Origin: Vicugna vicugna
Lineage: Eukaryota
Direction: 5' to 3'
Assembly: GCA_013265495.1 (NCBI GenBank)
Contig: MU057629.1
Coordinates: 16,867 to 62,271, forward strand
DNA: 45,405 nucleotides
Shown here: positions 1 to 12,830 of the stretch, piece after piece
Layout: each line of letters starts with the position of its first letter
Numbering within the stretch: position 1 is the first letter of the stretch
Notes under the pieces: model-generated
Seen by the model: only the letters and a program-made list of their open reading frames with translations
Told to the model about the DNA's origin: nothing
The model's database searches: none
Made by a program: the position numbers and the translations under genes

Positions 1-1246
1 ACAGACAGATCAATGGAGCACAATAGAAAGCCCAGAAATAGACCCTCCCAAATATAGTCAACTGTTCTTTGACAAAGGAGCAAAGGCAATACAGCAGAAC
101 ACGATAGTCTTTTCAACAAAGGGCGCTGGGACAACTGGACATATGCATGCAAAGAAGTTAATCTTAGACATAGACCTGCCCCCTTTCACAAAAATTAACT
201 CAGTGGATCATACGTGGATACATACATGTAAAACACAAAGCTGTAAAATTCCTAGGAGATAATGAGAATCTGGATGACCTTGGGTGTGGTTACGCCTTTT
301 TAGATACAATATCAGAGACATGATCCATGAAAGATAATTGACACACTGGACATCATTAAACTAAAAAACTTCTACTTTGGGATGGATGTTACCAAGAGAA
401 TTAGAGGACAGACTACATACTGGAAGAAAATACTTGCGGAAGACACATCTGATCAATGGCTGTTACCCAAAATACACGAAGAACTCTTAAAACGCAACAA
501 CAGGGAACAAGTAACAAATGGCCAGTAGGAAACAGTCCTGAGCAGACATTTCAGCCAGGAAGACACACAGATGGCAAGTACATGCCTCAAAAGATGCCCC
601 ACATCATTGTCCTCAGTGAAACGCAAACCAAAACGAGACGCCACGACACACCTGTAAGTGGCTGGCGGTGACGTGGAGCAGCAGAAACTTAGCTCACTGC
701 TGGGGTGGGTGCACAGCGGTAGTCACTTTGGAAGACAGCTTGGCAGTTTCTTACAAAGCTAAACATATCTTACCATGTGGTGCAGCCATGATAACCCTTG
801 GTGTTTACCCAAGGAAGTTGAGAACTTACATCCACACAAAAACTGGCACATGGATGTTTGTAGCAGCTTTATTCATTATGGCCAGAACTTGGAAGCAAAC
901 AGGATGTTCTTCAGTAGGTGAAGAGATAAACTGGTCCATCCTGACAATGGAGCATCTTCCAGCACTAAAAGGAAATGAGCTATCTAGCCATGGAAAGACC
1001 CAGAAGAACCCTAAATGCATCTACTAAGTGAAAGAAGCCAGTCCTAATGGGCTACGTGCTGTCTGATTCCAGCCCTGTGGCATTCTGGGAAGGGCAGGGT
1101 TTACCCCTCGTGTCCCATTCTGTTGACGGATGTTGTTTGGGGGGCTGCACACGTAGGGTCAGGGGGCACACGGGCACTCTGCACCCTCCCCTCAGTTTTG
1201 TTGTAAACCTGAAATTGCTCTAAGGAATACTCTTGAGAAAAAAAAG
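1..1246 (+). mobile_element. Ancient L1 LINE fragment (3' end of ORF2 plus 3'UTR, L1MC-like), running off the left edge
   Basis: L1 ORF2 C-terminal signatures (GATCAATGG..AATAGAAAGCCCAGAAATAGACC; ORF 668-1027 reads WMFVAALFIMARTWKQ). Ends in an L1MC-type terminus 'cagttttgttgtaaacctgaaattgctcta' and an A-tract at about 1238-1246. Confidence 0.85.
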
Positions 1247-3404
1247 AGCCCCTGCCCTCAGTGTCAGTAGAGTCCTGAGTCAGTGACCGCAGGGCATGTG
1301 CGAGGGACAGGGCACTGAGCAGAGTCCTGCGTGGAATCGGGGGTGGGGGGTGATTCTGGAGGGAGGAGGATCCCGTGGGGGACGGGGCTGACCAGTTTCA
1401 AGGACAGTGTGAGGACAGAGCAGCTGGGCTGAGCCGTGAGCGAGAGCCCGGTGGCGCCACCTTGCAGAGTGCTGGGTGGTCCATCTTCAACTATCTGCTC
1501 GGCTGTGAGGGTCTGGGCTTAGGTTTGTCAGGCTGCAGTTGGGTTCATGTCTCTCTTCCTGTGTCTCCTCGAAGAATCAATCGCAGAGAACCGGGTGATC
1601 TGGGTCGAGTGGCCGTGCATGCCTGGCCGGGGTCTTCCCGAAGCGCCTTCCCACCCCTTCCGGAGTGGCAGGACTTCCGTGGAGCAGGCCTGTGTCCCGG
1701 GTGTGAGACAGGAGTCACAGGCTGTCCCAGGGTTCTGGCAGCCGGGCACACAGTAGGCGCTTAGCGTGTGTTCACTCGAGGGTCACAGAGGTGGATGTCT
1801 GTCCAGTCCTGAAGGCCTGGGCTCCCCAGGGAAGGGTGCCTGCTGCGTGAGGATGGAACGGCAGGCAGGAGACAGACCCCCCCGCACCCCCAGAGTCTGC
1901 GGCTGCTGCCCCAGCTGCTCCCCCACCCTCTAATCAGCCCGTGAGCACTGAGGAGCCGGGGGGAGTCCCTCCTCAGGGCTGCGCCCCCTCAGAGGCTGGG
2001 TTTGGAGGGGGTCCAAGCCACCTGGCTCTCCTTAGTGGGGGTGCTGGTGCTATAGGAGTGGGGGGGTCTCATGGACCCCAGACTCCTTTTTCCCTCCCCC
2101 TCCCCAGGGGGTGGGGCTGGGACCACCCGTGTAGATGCAGTCAGTCTGTCTGAGTGGCAGACAGTGTAGACATGTGTGGGTGGTGAGGGGTGCTGTGGAC
2201 GTGCAGGGGCCCTGCCTGTGTGGAGGGCACGTGTCTCAGCATGTGAGCAGGTGTGAGAGTGCAGTGCTGTTGCTGTGGGCAGCACACGTGGGTTTGGGCC
2301 CCACAGCCCCTTGCTCTATGCTTGGACCCTCAGTGACTTCTGGACCCTTCTGCCCACCCACCACTCTCTGAGGAGGAGCTGAAGCTGCTTCCAGACCAGG
2401 GCTGAATTTTTGGTCTGTGTGTCCATCGCTGCCTCCCACACCATCGCCCTGCCGCTTTCCCGGCATCCCCCCAGCTTGCAGGTTCTCTGGCTCCCGTCTC
2501 CCTGCCCCGCCTGGCTGGACGGAGCACAAGCTCCTGGGTCTCAGGAAAGGGCGTCTCCTGGAAGTTTATGCTGCTTCAGACTCTCATGGGTATGGACACA
2601 TTGCCTTCTCCATGTGACCCCCAGAAGGTGACCCCCATTTACAAAGAGGTTTAAGGATTTTCTGGAGCCCCAGGTGCTCCCTGAGCCCCAGTCCAGGAGT
2701 CTGGCTGCAGCTGACAGGGCAGCCCTCAGAAGCACAGCTTCAGTGCCCTGGGCAGCCCGCCCCACATCCCTGGCTGCTCTCAGGGCCGGCCTTGTGCACC
2801 CGGCCCCTCGCTGCCCTTCCTGTGGGCACAGCCCCTGCAGTTTCCTACCTGTGTGCAAGGCCTGGGTGCCTTATCATTCATGCTCTTGGGTCCAACACTG
2901 TCCGATCGCCATGAATCTGGTTCTGGGCCCTTTCATGCCCCTCTGAGAGGGCTTCAGACCCCTGTCTGGGTTGAGCTGCCAGGAGGAGGTGGCGGCCTGA
3001 GTGGCGGGAGGCTGGTGGACCCTGGGCCACTGGGGCCTCTCCACCCCTTCCTTCCACAGCTGCTTGCTGAGTGTTCACTCTGCCAGGGGCCAGCCTTGCC
3101 TTAGTTCCCCCACAACCCATTATACAGATGACGCCACAGTGGCCCAGAGAGCATAGTCCAGTCCCACGAGTCTGATGGTGGCCACCACGCTGAGCACCGA
3201 GGCCCCTCATTCGGGCTGGTGGCCAGCAGAACATGGCTTTTCCAAGCTCTGGGCTGCAGCTGCCGCTCAGGATCAGGGGCCATCCCCACTGCAGGGCGTT
3301 GCTGGTCACTAGCGCTGCCCTCTCCTGCCACCCCATAGGCTGGAGCAGAGGAGGGAGGTGGGGTCTGGGCTGCAGCCAACACGAAGTCGCCCGCATTCAG
3401 AGGC

Positions 3405-3490
3405 CACCTCCCCGTGCTTCAGTTTCCTCTTTGTACAAGTACAATACCTCTCTCGTAGGACTCTTAAGAGGCTTAAATGAGAGCATAGCA
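3405..3490 (+). mobile_element. MIR SINE fragment
   Basis: Core 'cttcagtttcctctttgtacaa...aatacctctctcgtaggactcttaagaggcttaaatgaga' resembles the MIR consensus. Confidence 0.6.
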
Positions 3491-5104
3491 TCTGGGTAGA
3501 GTCCTTGGGCCCTGGGCCTGTCCTGCCATGGGTGCCCCGGAAACAGACACTCGCTCCTGGCTCTGTGCTGGGTGACGCCATGGATGCATCAGAGCTGGTC
3601 GCTTGGGCCTCGAGGCCGGGGGTGGGGGGCGCCTCGTGTGGCCAGGGCTGTGACGGAGACAAAGCCAGGGGCCCGGAACTTGCCTGCGGTGCAAGCCAGA
3701 AGTTAGCTGGCAGTGGGCACCCTGCAGGTGGGGGGTGCTGGGGCCTCAGTGTTGCCAGAGGCTGAGCCACCAGCAAAGGTCAGCTCATTTTCTTTCCAGA
3801 AACCCCAGGCCTTGCTGGAGCCACAGGAAAAGGGCACCTGGAAATGCCTGAGGACTCAGGCCATGAGAACAGTGTGGCCAGTGCTGGAACGGGTGGGTCC
3901 TCTCCCGCCCCACCCCCGGTGCCCGGCACAGAGGTGCTGGTGCTGCTAGCACAGTGGTGGTGGTAACGTTCCTGCACACCAGGCATGGTTCTGAACTCTT
4001 GATGGGTGCACTGACCCTCACAAGGGCCACGTCTTCCGGCCCCCAAGTTACAGATGGGGACCTGAGGCCTGCAGGTGACGTGAGCTGCCCAAGGCCTTGA
4101 CTCAACTGAGCAGCAGAGCTGTGATTTGAACACAGTCAGTGCACAGGCCGGGGGGAGAATGGGAGGGAGTTGTGGCTTCAGCTGAGGTGGGGTGTGTGGG
4201 TGGGGCCTTCTCAGGGTCCCGTGTGGGCACAGGCAAGGGTGTTGCTCAGAGGTGCCAGCCACCCTGGCCTTGGTGTCGCGATGCCGAGAGGGACTGTTTG
4301 GCTCGCAAGTGCTTGCTGAGGCCAGAGATTGAGGCTGCACTCTCCTGGAGAGCCCTGTGGGGAGGGTGTGGCGTCCTCGGCTAACAGGGACACTGAGGCT
4401 CACAGGGGGCCGCTGGGTGCGTGAGACACGCAACCAGGGTGTCAGAGTTGGGATTTGGACCCAGAGTGGGCAAAGCCCATGCAGCTCTGTGTTTAAGCAG
4501 GGGGACTGCTTCAAGCTTTGCAGACGTCGTGGGTGCCGACCGCTGGGGCCATTTGCTGGGCGATCACTGCAGGAAGGCCCCGTGCTGGGCGCCGAGTCTC
4601 AGTGCTCTCTCCACCGTCAGAGGGGGTGTCAGTGCCCGTCTTACAGATGAGGACGCTGATAAGGCCCTGAGAGGGGCCGTGGTGCCCTGTGGCAGCCAGG
4701 GTTCCAGCCACCTTGTTTCCCGGAGTCTCAGGAGAAGCCAGGGGTTATGGGATGCCCAGGGGGTGGGCAGGGGCTCCAGGATTCCCCAGTCCAGTGTCAA
4801 TGTGGGTGGGTGAAGGGCCCCTTCTCTGTGGGGGTGACAAGAGGTCAGCCCTTGGATTTGAGGGCCCTTCACGCTTGTCCCTGTGCTGACAGCTGGGCCC
4901 TTGGAGGTACCAGAGTCACTTGGCGAAACCACAAAGCTGGACCTCCACTTGGTGTCTGGGAGGTGGGCTGGGCATTGAGGAAGGGCCGCCTCGTGAGGTG
5001 AAGGGACCCCACGTGGCTTCAGCGTCAGGTCATAGTGGGGACCGACCCTGAGCCATTCTCATCTCCCAGGGCTTGGACTGGGGCACATTATCAGTCAAGG
5101 TCAC

Positions 5105-5235
5105 ATTCCTGGCTGTGGGACCCTGGGCAAGTCCCTTTACCTGTCTGATCCTCAGTTTCCTCTTCTGTAAAGCAGGGATGGTAACGATGCCCACCTGACA
5201 GGGCTGCTCTGGGACTCAGTTAGGGAGACCATGTG
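5105..5235 (+). mobile_element. MIR SINE
   Basis: 'ggctgtgggaccctgggcaagtccctttacctgtctgatcctcagtttcctcttctgtaaagcagggatggtaacgatgcccacctgacagggctg' matches the MIR core. Confidence 0.8.
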
Positions 5236-5264
5236 CCGGGCATAAAGGCACAGGCTTGGGGGCC

Positions 5265-5420
5265 ACTGGGTTTAGTCCCCAGCTCTGCATCTCACAGGCT
5301 GTGTGGCTTTGGGCAAGTCACTACCTCTCTGAGTCTCGGTGTCCCTGTCGGTCAGATGGAGACAGCAGGCCCTCCCTCACTGGGCTTTCTCGGGACACAT
5401 GAGGCAAAGCCCTGTAGATG
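5265..5420 (+). mobile_element. MIR SINE
   Basis: 'ctgggtttagtccccagctctgcatctcacaggctgtgtggctttgggcaagtcactacctctctgagtctcggt' matches the MIR core. Confidence 0.7.
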
Positions 5421-8400
5421 TGAGCGGAGGTCCTGTGTGACTCCAGTGGGCGTGAGAACCTCTGACTTCCCCTGCCTGGACGCCGGCGTCCACCTCCCAG
5501 ACTGCCGCGTGGGGCTTGCAGCTCCCGGCTGCCTGTGGGAAGCGGAGCCCAGCGGTTTCATCCCCTGCACTCTGTCTGATGAAGTATAAATAGCATGCGG
5601 TGTTTGCGAGCGAGGGTGGAAGTGTCTGCGGTTGTGCCCTCCCTCCCTCCCCACCCGCTCAGGCAGCAAGGCTGATGAGCTGGCCGTGGGGAAAGGAGCT
5701 CGTGAATAAACCATCACAAGGTCTGGGCTAATGCACTGGCCTCGAGGCACTGCGTGCAATTAGTGTGCTGATTGTCCAGAGAGGGTGGCTTCTGTGCAGG
5801 CTCAGTCCAGCGTCCCCTGTTTGCGAAGCGTCATCTCCTGGGGCTGGGGAAGCTGCAGATAGGGGCCTGTTAGCCGCTGCCTGCTGCCTGTGAGGTGGGC
5901 TCCCCAGGACTCAGGGGGCGGTCCCACACTGGTGAGCACCAGCCAAATGGGTCCTCATACCCGTGTTGTGGCTGCAGTGGCCCTCACCTGGGTCAGGTGC
6001 TGGTGGGCCGGGCTGCTCTGGACCTCAGAGCAGAGCCTGGGGCTGAGGCCCTCACGGCTCCTGCTTCTCTCTGTGTTCAGCAGTTTGATTTTTTTTTTTT
6101 TTGCTTTTGAACCAAGGCTGTCCCAGCTTAGCCAGCTCCTGCCCCGTTACCAAGGTGACCAGACCATCTCCAGCACCCCATGGCCACCGCCAGGGTTAGG
6201 CAAGGGACTCTGGTGCATGCACATGCACATAGCCTGCACACGTGTGCCACACATGTGTCATGCCTACACACACATGTACATACACATGTGGGAGAGCAGA
6301 CACAGAGACTCAGCCCCATGTGTCCCGCTTCGGGATGAACATAGGCACAGATGTGTCCTCCTGAGGACACAGCCTGTGTCCCTTTCCTGTGCTCCCACAG
6401 AGGACATGGGTGCACAGCCAGTGCGGGCTGCACACAGATGCGCACCCCTCTATGTGAGCAGCAGGCTGCCAGCTTCACACCTGATCTCTGGTCTCTGCAT
6501 GAGCCTCCTGTCGGGAGGAGAGGTGACCTCTCCAGGGTGTGCAGCCTGAGAAGGGGGCAGCCCCAGGCACTGATGGCCTGTGGCCTTGGGGTTCTGACCC
6601 TGTTTCTTCCTCTTGGGGAAGTGTCTCATAGGCTTGTTGAGAGGTGCACACAGTCGGTGCTGAACAAAAGCTCCAGATGTGAGAAGACTTTCCCTGGGGT
6701 TCTTGGGGCAGAGGCCTGCTGGTCACACCCTTGCACCAGGAACCCCCCCCCACAAATCTACCTCATCTTCTTGGGCACAGACTCAGAGAGGGTCAGTGAC
6801 TCAAGGTCACACAGCACAGCGGGGGCCAAATGGGGTCCAGATACCAGGCCCCTGCCCCACCAGTTAGCCATGAGGGAGACGCAGCCCGGGGAGTCTTCCT
6901 GTAGGAGGTGGTCCTGAGCCACTTGGAGAGACTCTAGTTTTCTCCTGAGTCATCAGGGCCAGACGTGTGTGGTCAAGTCATGGTTCTCTGTTCCCACAGC
7001 TCTGAATCTGGATTTAGATGATTCCTGCCCTAGCTCTGTGGTGGGCCAGATGTGCGGCCCCAGGTATGGCGCTTGCCGTCTCTGAGCCCCAGTCTGTTGC
7101 AACTCTCCAAAGGACCCATGGCATGAGCTGAAGTAGCACGTGTCACAGTGTCCACAGCTCATGTTTGCTGGGAATGGAAAAGTGTGCGAGGCAGTCAGGC
7201 TGCGGTGGGGTCAGGTTGGTTGCCCTCCCTCGTGGTGCCTTCCCTCCCTGAGCCTCAGTCTCCTCGCGTGATCAGGCCTGGAGGAGCCTGCCCCGCCCAG
7301 ACCTCACCTCCCACCCCCTTGCTCACCCTCCTCCCTCCTTCCTGCCATGGCGTCCTCTGCCCGGAGCCCTGTCCCGTTGGGGTCCTGGCTCTCTGCTCTA
7401 GCAGTCAGCTGGGCCGCACCTCCCCAGGCAGGAGCAGTGCCTTGGAACCCTCTTCATTTATTCATTTCCCTCTAAGTGTCCGCCTCTCTTGTTGGTGATG
7501 AACATCAGGTGGGCGGGCCCGTCCCACCTGGTCACGACACACATGGTGCTCGGTGGACACGTGCTTGTGGAACAAAGGAAAACACGAATGAAGGAGTGAG
7601 AGAGAGAGCCTGGCAACGTGCTGCTTCCCAGGTGAGGCCCCGGCTGCACCTGTCTGGCGTGGTCACCTCTGATGTCCACCTGCTCAGGATGATTTTTTTT
7701 GGACATGTGAGAAAACCCATGTACAAAAGAAAATAGAAACATGAAATACTTACCGAAACATTGTTCCAAAATGTGTGATTCGGTAACCAGTGAGCTGTGT
7801 TGAATAGTGCCCGGACTGCAGGGCCTGGCAGGGCTCCGACATCCGTGCCGGGTGAACCGCCCTCAGAGGTCTGCCAGGCCCTCCCAGTGAATGTTCTGTT
7901 CCCCAAATAAAGCCACACTGACAAAGTGAGGAGGACGAAAGAGGGAAGCTGAGGAGACACCGGTCCCTGCGCTCCCCCAGCAGGGTATCCAGGTCACTGT
8001 GGGACTGAGACTAGGGGCTCAGGCCCTGGTCCTGCTGGCATTTGCCCAGAGAGGCGTCACGTGGGGCCCAGCCTGCTGTGAAGAAATGCAGCTCCAGGCC
8101 TGGAGGGCCCTGTAGGGAGGAGGTGGCTGGATCCTGGTGCTGGGCTCAGCTGTGCGGCTCATAGCCTTGTGCCTGCGGACACAGCCATACTCCTCTCTGT
8201 GCCTCACTTCCTCTGCTGTCAAAGACGCTTGGGCCGTCCCACCCAGAATGTTCTCAGGTGCAGTGCCAGGCACTCAGAAGAAGAAAGGCACGCAGTTCCA
8301 GGGGCCAAAGAAACATGTGGGGCTTGGCAAGAGCAGCCAGGGAACCTAGGGAAATCTCAGAAGACTTCATAGAGGAGGCATGCTTTGAGCTCGAAGGATG

Positions 8401-9029
8401 CATGGTATTCCATGGAGGACTCTGAGGTTGGCATTGCTGGGCCCGCGCTCGCTGAGGGTCACATGATCACACAAGCCCAGTGGGGGCCCAGCCCTAGCCC
8501 TCCTCTTACTCCCACGTGTCCTTTTCTCTTGTTGGTCTACACAAACCCTTTGCGTATTAAGTGTATCAGTTCTTTTTATAACAAGCATTTGTCATTTACT
8601 TCTGAATTTGCCTATAATGGGTTTTGATAAAAAACATCAGAACTGTTTTCATGTTGGCACATTTTCCAGCCTTTTCTTTCATGGTCTTTCTTGTCCCAGG
8701 CCGTTTCTTGTCACTCTATCTCAGGTCTTTGCTCACCCGTACACAGGCTGGGCACTTAGAAAATGTCTGAGCCTTGAATTAAGTTGAAGCTTGAAAAATC
8801 ACAGCTGTTAGAAGAAAACACCGTGGTGCCTTTGCTCACTGGGTCCCACTGCTGTGGTTCCTTCCATCCTGTCCCTCCACCCACTGCTTCCTGCTTGGAG
8901 TTAGCTCTAGTTGAGGCCTTCCCGGGGCCTGTGACCCCTCTTCAGAGTGACTCAGGGGCTCAGAAATGTGGTGATGGGAGGGGCTGGGGGACAGAAAATT
9001 CCCAGCTCCGTGTGTTAACTCGCTGAAAC

Positions 9030-9170
9030 CCCATCATGACCCCTTGAGACATAGCAGTGGCAATCCTGTCTCGCAGGAGAGAAAACGGGGCTCAGAGAGG
9101 TTATATGACTTGTCCAAGGTCACCCAGGAAGGTCCAGAGACAAGATTTGAACCCAAGCCATATTGCCCCA
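9030..9170 (-). mobile_element. MIR SINE
   Basis: 'gagaaaacggggctcagagaggttatatgacttgtccaaggtcacccag...gatttgaacccaag' is the reverse complement of the MIR core. Confidence 0.75.
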
Positions 9171-10984
9171 GAATTTGTACTTTCAAACTCTGTGGCACCC
9201 CTTTGCCCTTGGGGTTAAGTCTGAGCTCTTTGAAATGACACAGGATCTCTCAGAGCCTGCGCACGTAGGGACTCAGTACACCTCTTCCCTCCCTGCTGTT
9301 AGGGTGACAAGGTGCGCCCCACCTGTCTCTCAGTACCCCCTCGACCCCAGATCCTTGGGATCCTGGAGTGTTGTGGCCGGAAGGGCCAGCCTGCTTGTCT
9401 GCCGATGGGAGTAGGGAGGCTCCGAGTTGAGTGAGCCCTGCCCGAGGGCCAGTGTGTGCCCGTGTGCACCCTGGTCTGTGGGGCCCCGAGTGCCCCCACT
9501 GTGCTTCGGTCAGCCTCAGGCTGGACTCTCTCTTGGGCTCCGAGGGCTCTGACCCTGCTGGTTGTGGTGCCGCTTCACTTGCTATCTTCCTGCTCGGCAG
9601 GGCGCCCCATGCAGGCAGGCGCTTGCTGGTCCACCCTTGAGTCCCTGGTGCCCAGCTGAGCCCAGCATTGAGCAGGCCCTCAGGAAAGGTTGACTGTAAG
9701 AGGGAGGCCCAGAGAGGGACAGAGACCTGCCCCAGGTCACACAGTGAGTTGGATCAGAGTTGGGAGCCCCATGAAAAGCCCAAGAACCTCTGGGGCCTAC
9801 TTGCCCCTGGGGCCCAGTGAAGCCCAGGGATGGGGCAGTGTCTATAAAAGGCACCCAGGGGCCTCTGTCCTCTGCTGCTCCCAGGGGCCTGGGGCCAAGG
9901 ACACCCTGTCTCCCTCCTGCCCCCACCCTCTGTGGAAGGATGTTCTCAAGATAAAAATACCCTCGGAAAAGTTCCCTGATGCCTGGCATGACCTGCCGTC
10001 CACCTTGGGGGCCAGAGCTTCCTGCCCCTGACTTCACCTCGGGGCTTGGAGAGTGGACACCCGCCCAGCCCTGACACCGCCACAGCCTTTACTTGTGGCC
10101 AGTGTGTCCAGCCCCTGTCTCCAGACCACAGAATGTCAGGGGGCTGATGGGTCGTGGTCACTCATGGCTGCTGTGCCAGTGTTTACTGAGCACCACCTGC
10201 CAGCTGTGACCACCCGGGCACAGGGGAGCAGGCGGCCAGTTCCCTGCCCTGGCGGAGCTCAGGGCTTTCCTGCTTTGCTGACTATTAGACACATTCTGAG
10301 AGCATCACACCCAGGCCGCACGGGAGGGTCAGAGAACGCACCGGCTTTCAATCACGTCGGGAGCCCCAGGCTGCTTGTCAGAGCGGGAAGCCCCTTGGGG
10401 GACACTGGGGGACCTGGTGCTTAACCATGTGTCTGCAGGGCCTCGGTGTCCCCTCTTCACCGCCTTCCGAGGCAGGTGGAATCTACCTATTTGCAGGTGA
10501 AGGCTGAGGCCCAGGGGAGATCCCACAGTGAGCTGGGGGGTGACCAGGACTTGAACGCAGGACTAGGGGCTTGCTGGCTGCTTGGGCCCCACGCTCCAGG
10601 GTGGGCTGTTGGGGAAGGGGATGGTGAGGATGACGGAGCCACGGAGTGCCCAGCCTGTGCCCGCACACTCCCACGCCGCGTTGAATTTCATGAGCACATC
10701 CGCTGGGAGGCTCGTTTTGCGAAGGAGGCAGCTGGGCCTCAGGAGGAGGAGGTGTGGATAGGACAGCACTGGGGGGGCAGGGCTCCCCACTCTTGCTGGG
10801 AGCTTAGGGCCAATCTAGACTCTCATGTGCAGACACTGATCCCCTCCTGCCTCCCCGTCTAGGACCGTGGAGGGGGTCATACTTTGACCACGACCCAGGA
10901 AAGAGTTTGGGGAACTTCAGAGGGTTGGGCTCCTGTCCTGTGGCGGCTGCAGCCACTGCAGGGGCAGGGGGAGCACTGGACAGG

Positions 10985-11110
10985 GTGTCCAGGGACCTGG
11001 GTTCTGGTCTCTGAGCTGCCACTTGTTCCACAGCTTTGTGACCTTGGGCAAGTCACGTTTGTGCTCTGAGCTTCAGTTCCCTCCTGTGTAGAGTGGAGCT
11101 AATTTTGCTT
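10985..11110 (+). mobile_element. MIR SINE
   Basis: 'gacctgggttctggt...ctttgtgaccttgggcaagtcacgtttgtgctctgagcttcagttccctcctgtgta'. Confidence 0.75.
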
Positions 11111-12008
11111 CCCACATTATAAGAACAAATCCAACTGGATTTATGGGTCTGGAGAAAGCCCTTCCAGGAAGTAGGGGGCTGGAAGGAGGCTGAGAGAGCC
11201 TGGGGCAGGCCAGGTGACCAACAGGAATTGGGGCAGGGCAGGCCATACACCTGCATACTCCTCCTTCACTCAGACTTGCCTCCCATGGCCATGTGTCACC
11301 TCCTCTGCTCAGAGTCCCAGCTCTCTGTGACCTGGGTGAGGGACATAGCCTCTCTCAGCCTGTTTCCCTGTCTGTCCTCAGGGTGGCTGTGAAGGGGGAA
11401 TCACAGGCTGGGGGCCCAGCACACAGGGCCAGGGTCCACTCTAGGGGCAGGTCGAGAGATCAGAGGCTGGGAACAGGCCCTGGCAGTAGGGAGTCCAGCT
11501 GTGTGATGGGGTCTGGGATGGAGCCTCCCTGAGCCTCAACTTCCCCTTTGATTTCAGGTGGGAGAGGCCCATGGGCGGCCGTGGCTACTGCTCTGGGAAT
11601 GATGAGGGACGGGGATAGAGGGGCTGGGGGTTGGGAGTCTTGAGGTGAGAACCTGGAGTAAAGAGGGGCCAGCCATCCGCTGACAGAGTAGGCAGAGGCC
11701 CAGAGTGGAATGCGACTCACCGACGGTCACATGGCTCTAGAGGGCAGAGCTGGGACGGGAACCCTGTTCTGTGCCATCACCTGCCCCGGGAGGCTTGTGA
11801 TGGGCTTATGGTGACTCAACAACAGGTCCCTTAATCCAAGCCAGAAAATCAAGTGTGACCATGGATCCCAGACAGCCTTGCGGTGTGGGGGCCCAGTGGG
11901 TCCTGGGGCAGCAAGAAGTGGGGGTTCATAGGGAAATTTCTGTGTTTTGAGCCTCTCTGAGGAGAGTGGCACTGTCTGCAGTGACTTAGATTTGCTCTGT
12001 AACTTTAG

Positions 12009-12114
12009 GGCCCTCCAGCCACCAACTCCTCAGCAGCTGGTACCTGGGAGATGGCAGCCTTGAAGAAGGCCACTGCCTGGTCCGCGGCACTACTTAGAGG
12101 ATAGGAGTCAAGAG
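12009..12114 (+). other. Probable non-coding 5'UTR exon of the KCNJ12-like locus
   Basis: Acceptor 'tttgctctgtaactttag|G' (AG 12007-12008) and donor 'AAGAG|gtaaca' (GT 12115-12116), 5.5 kb upstream of the coding exon. KCNJ12 has non-coding upstream exons, and the 3' half resembles my recollection of the human 5'UTR (unverified). Confidence 0.6.
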
Positions 12115-12139
12115 GTAACACTGAGGTTACCAATGTGCA

Positions 12140-12340
12140 CCTGTCCATCTAGTCATCCATTCCACCCAACACCTATCTGTCCATTCAGCTAGCCACACAT
12201 CCATCCATTTACCACCATCCATCCAGTCACTAATCCATTCACCCAACCCATCCAATCATTGCCCACCTAACCCATCCATCCCTCTGATCACCCTCCATCC
12301 ATCTGTCCACCCATCTGTCAGCCCTGTTTATCCATCCATG
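12140..12340. repeat. Degenerate (CCAT)n/(CCAC)n simple repeat
   Basis: Runs of ccatccatcc, ccacccatc and ccattca. Confidence 0.85.
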
Positions 12341-12419
12341 TGCTCGACCACTCACCTGCACACGTAACTGTGTTCTCATCCGTCTCCCCACCCTCCCTCT
12401 ATTCAGCAGCTCATTCCCT

Positions 12420-12830
12420 CATCCTTTTGTCTGATCAGTGGGCAGTTCCTGGGTGCTCCTCTGTGCCAGGCCTGCACCAGCTTCTCTGGACCTCTGAGGT
12501 TGGCCATAGCTGGGGACAGGCAAGGTCACCTCTCATACCAGGGCCTCACAGGAGAAGCCAGAGAGTCTACAAGGGCTTCCTGAAGTGGTGGGTTTCAGCT
12601 GATTCCTGACAGATGGGAGAATTTCTAGCATTCCCATTAGCTGTGATTTGGAGGTTGGACCACATGGGGTGAGGGTCACCACAGGAAAACCTGTCAGGGA
12701 CCTGTTGCTGTGTCCAGGTAGCAATGGCCTGGACAGGAGGGTGGCTGTGGGCGAGGAGTGGATGGGCGGCTTTGATACTTCCATGAGTGCAATACACCGG
12801 ACCTGGTGGGGAAACGGATTTGGGGGCTAG
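12420..12830 (-). mobile_element. L2 LINE fragment
   Basis: Purine-rich L2-like text 'tgttgctgtgtccaggtagcaatggcctggacaggagggtggctgtgggcgaggagtggatgg'. Confidence 0.55.
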
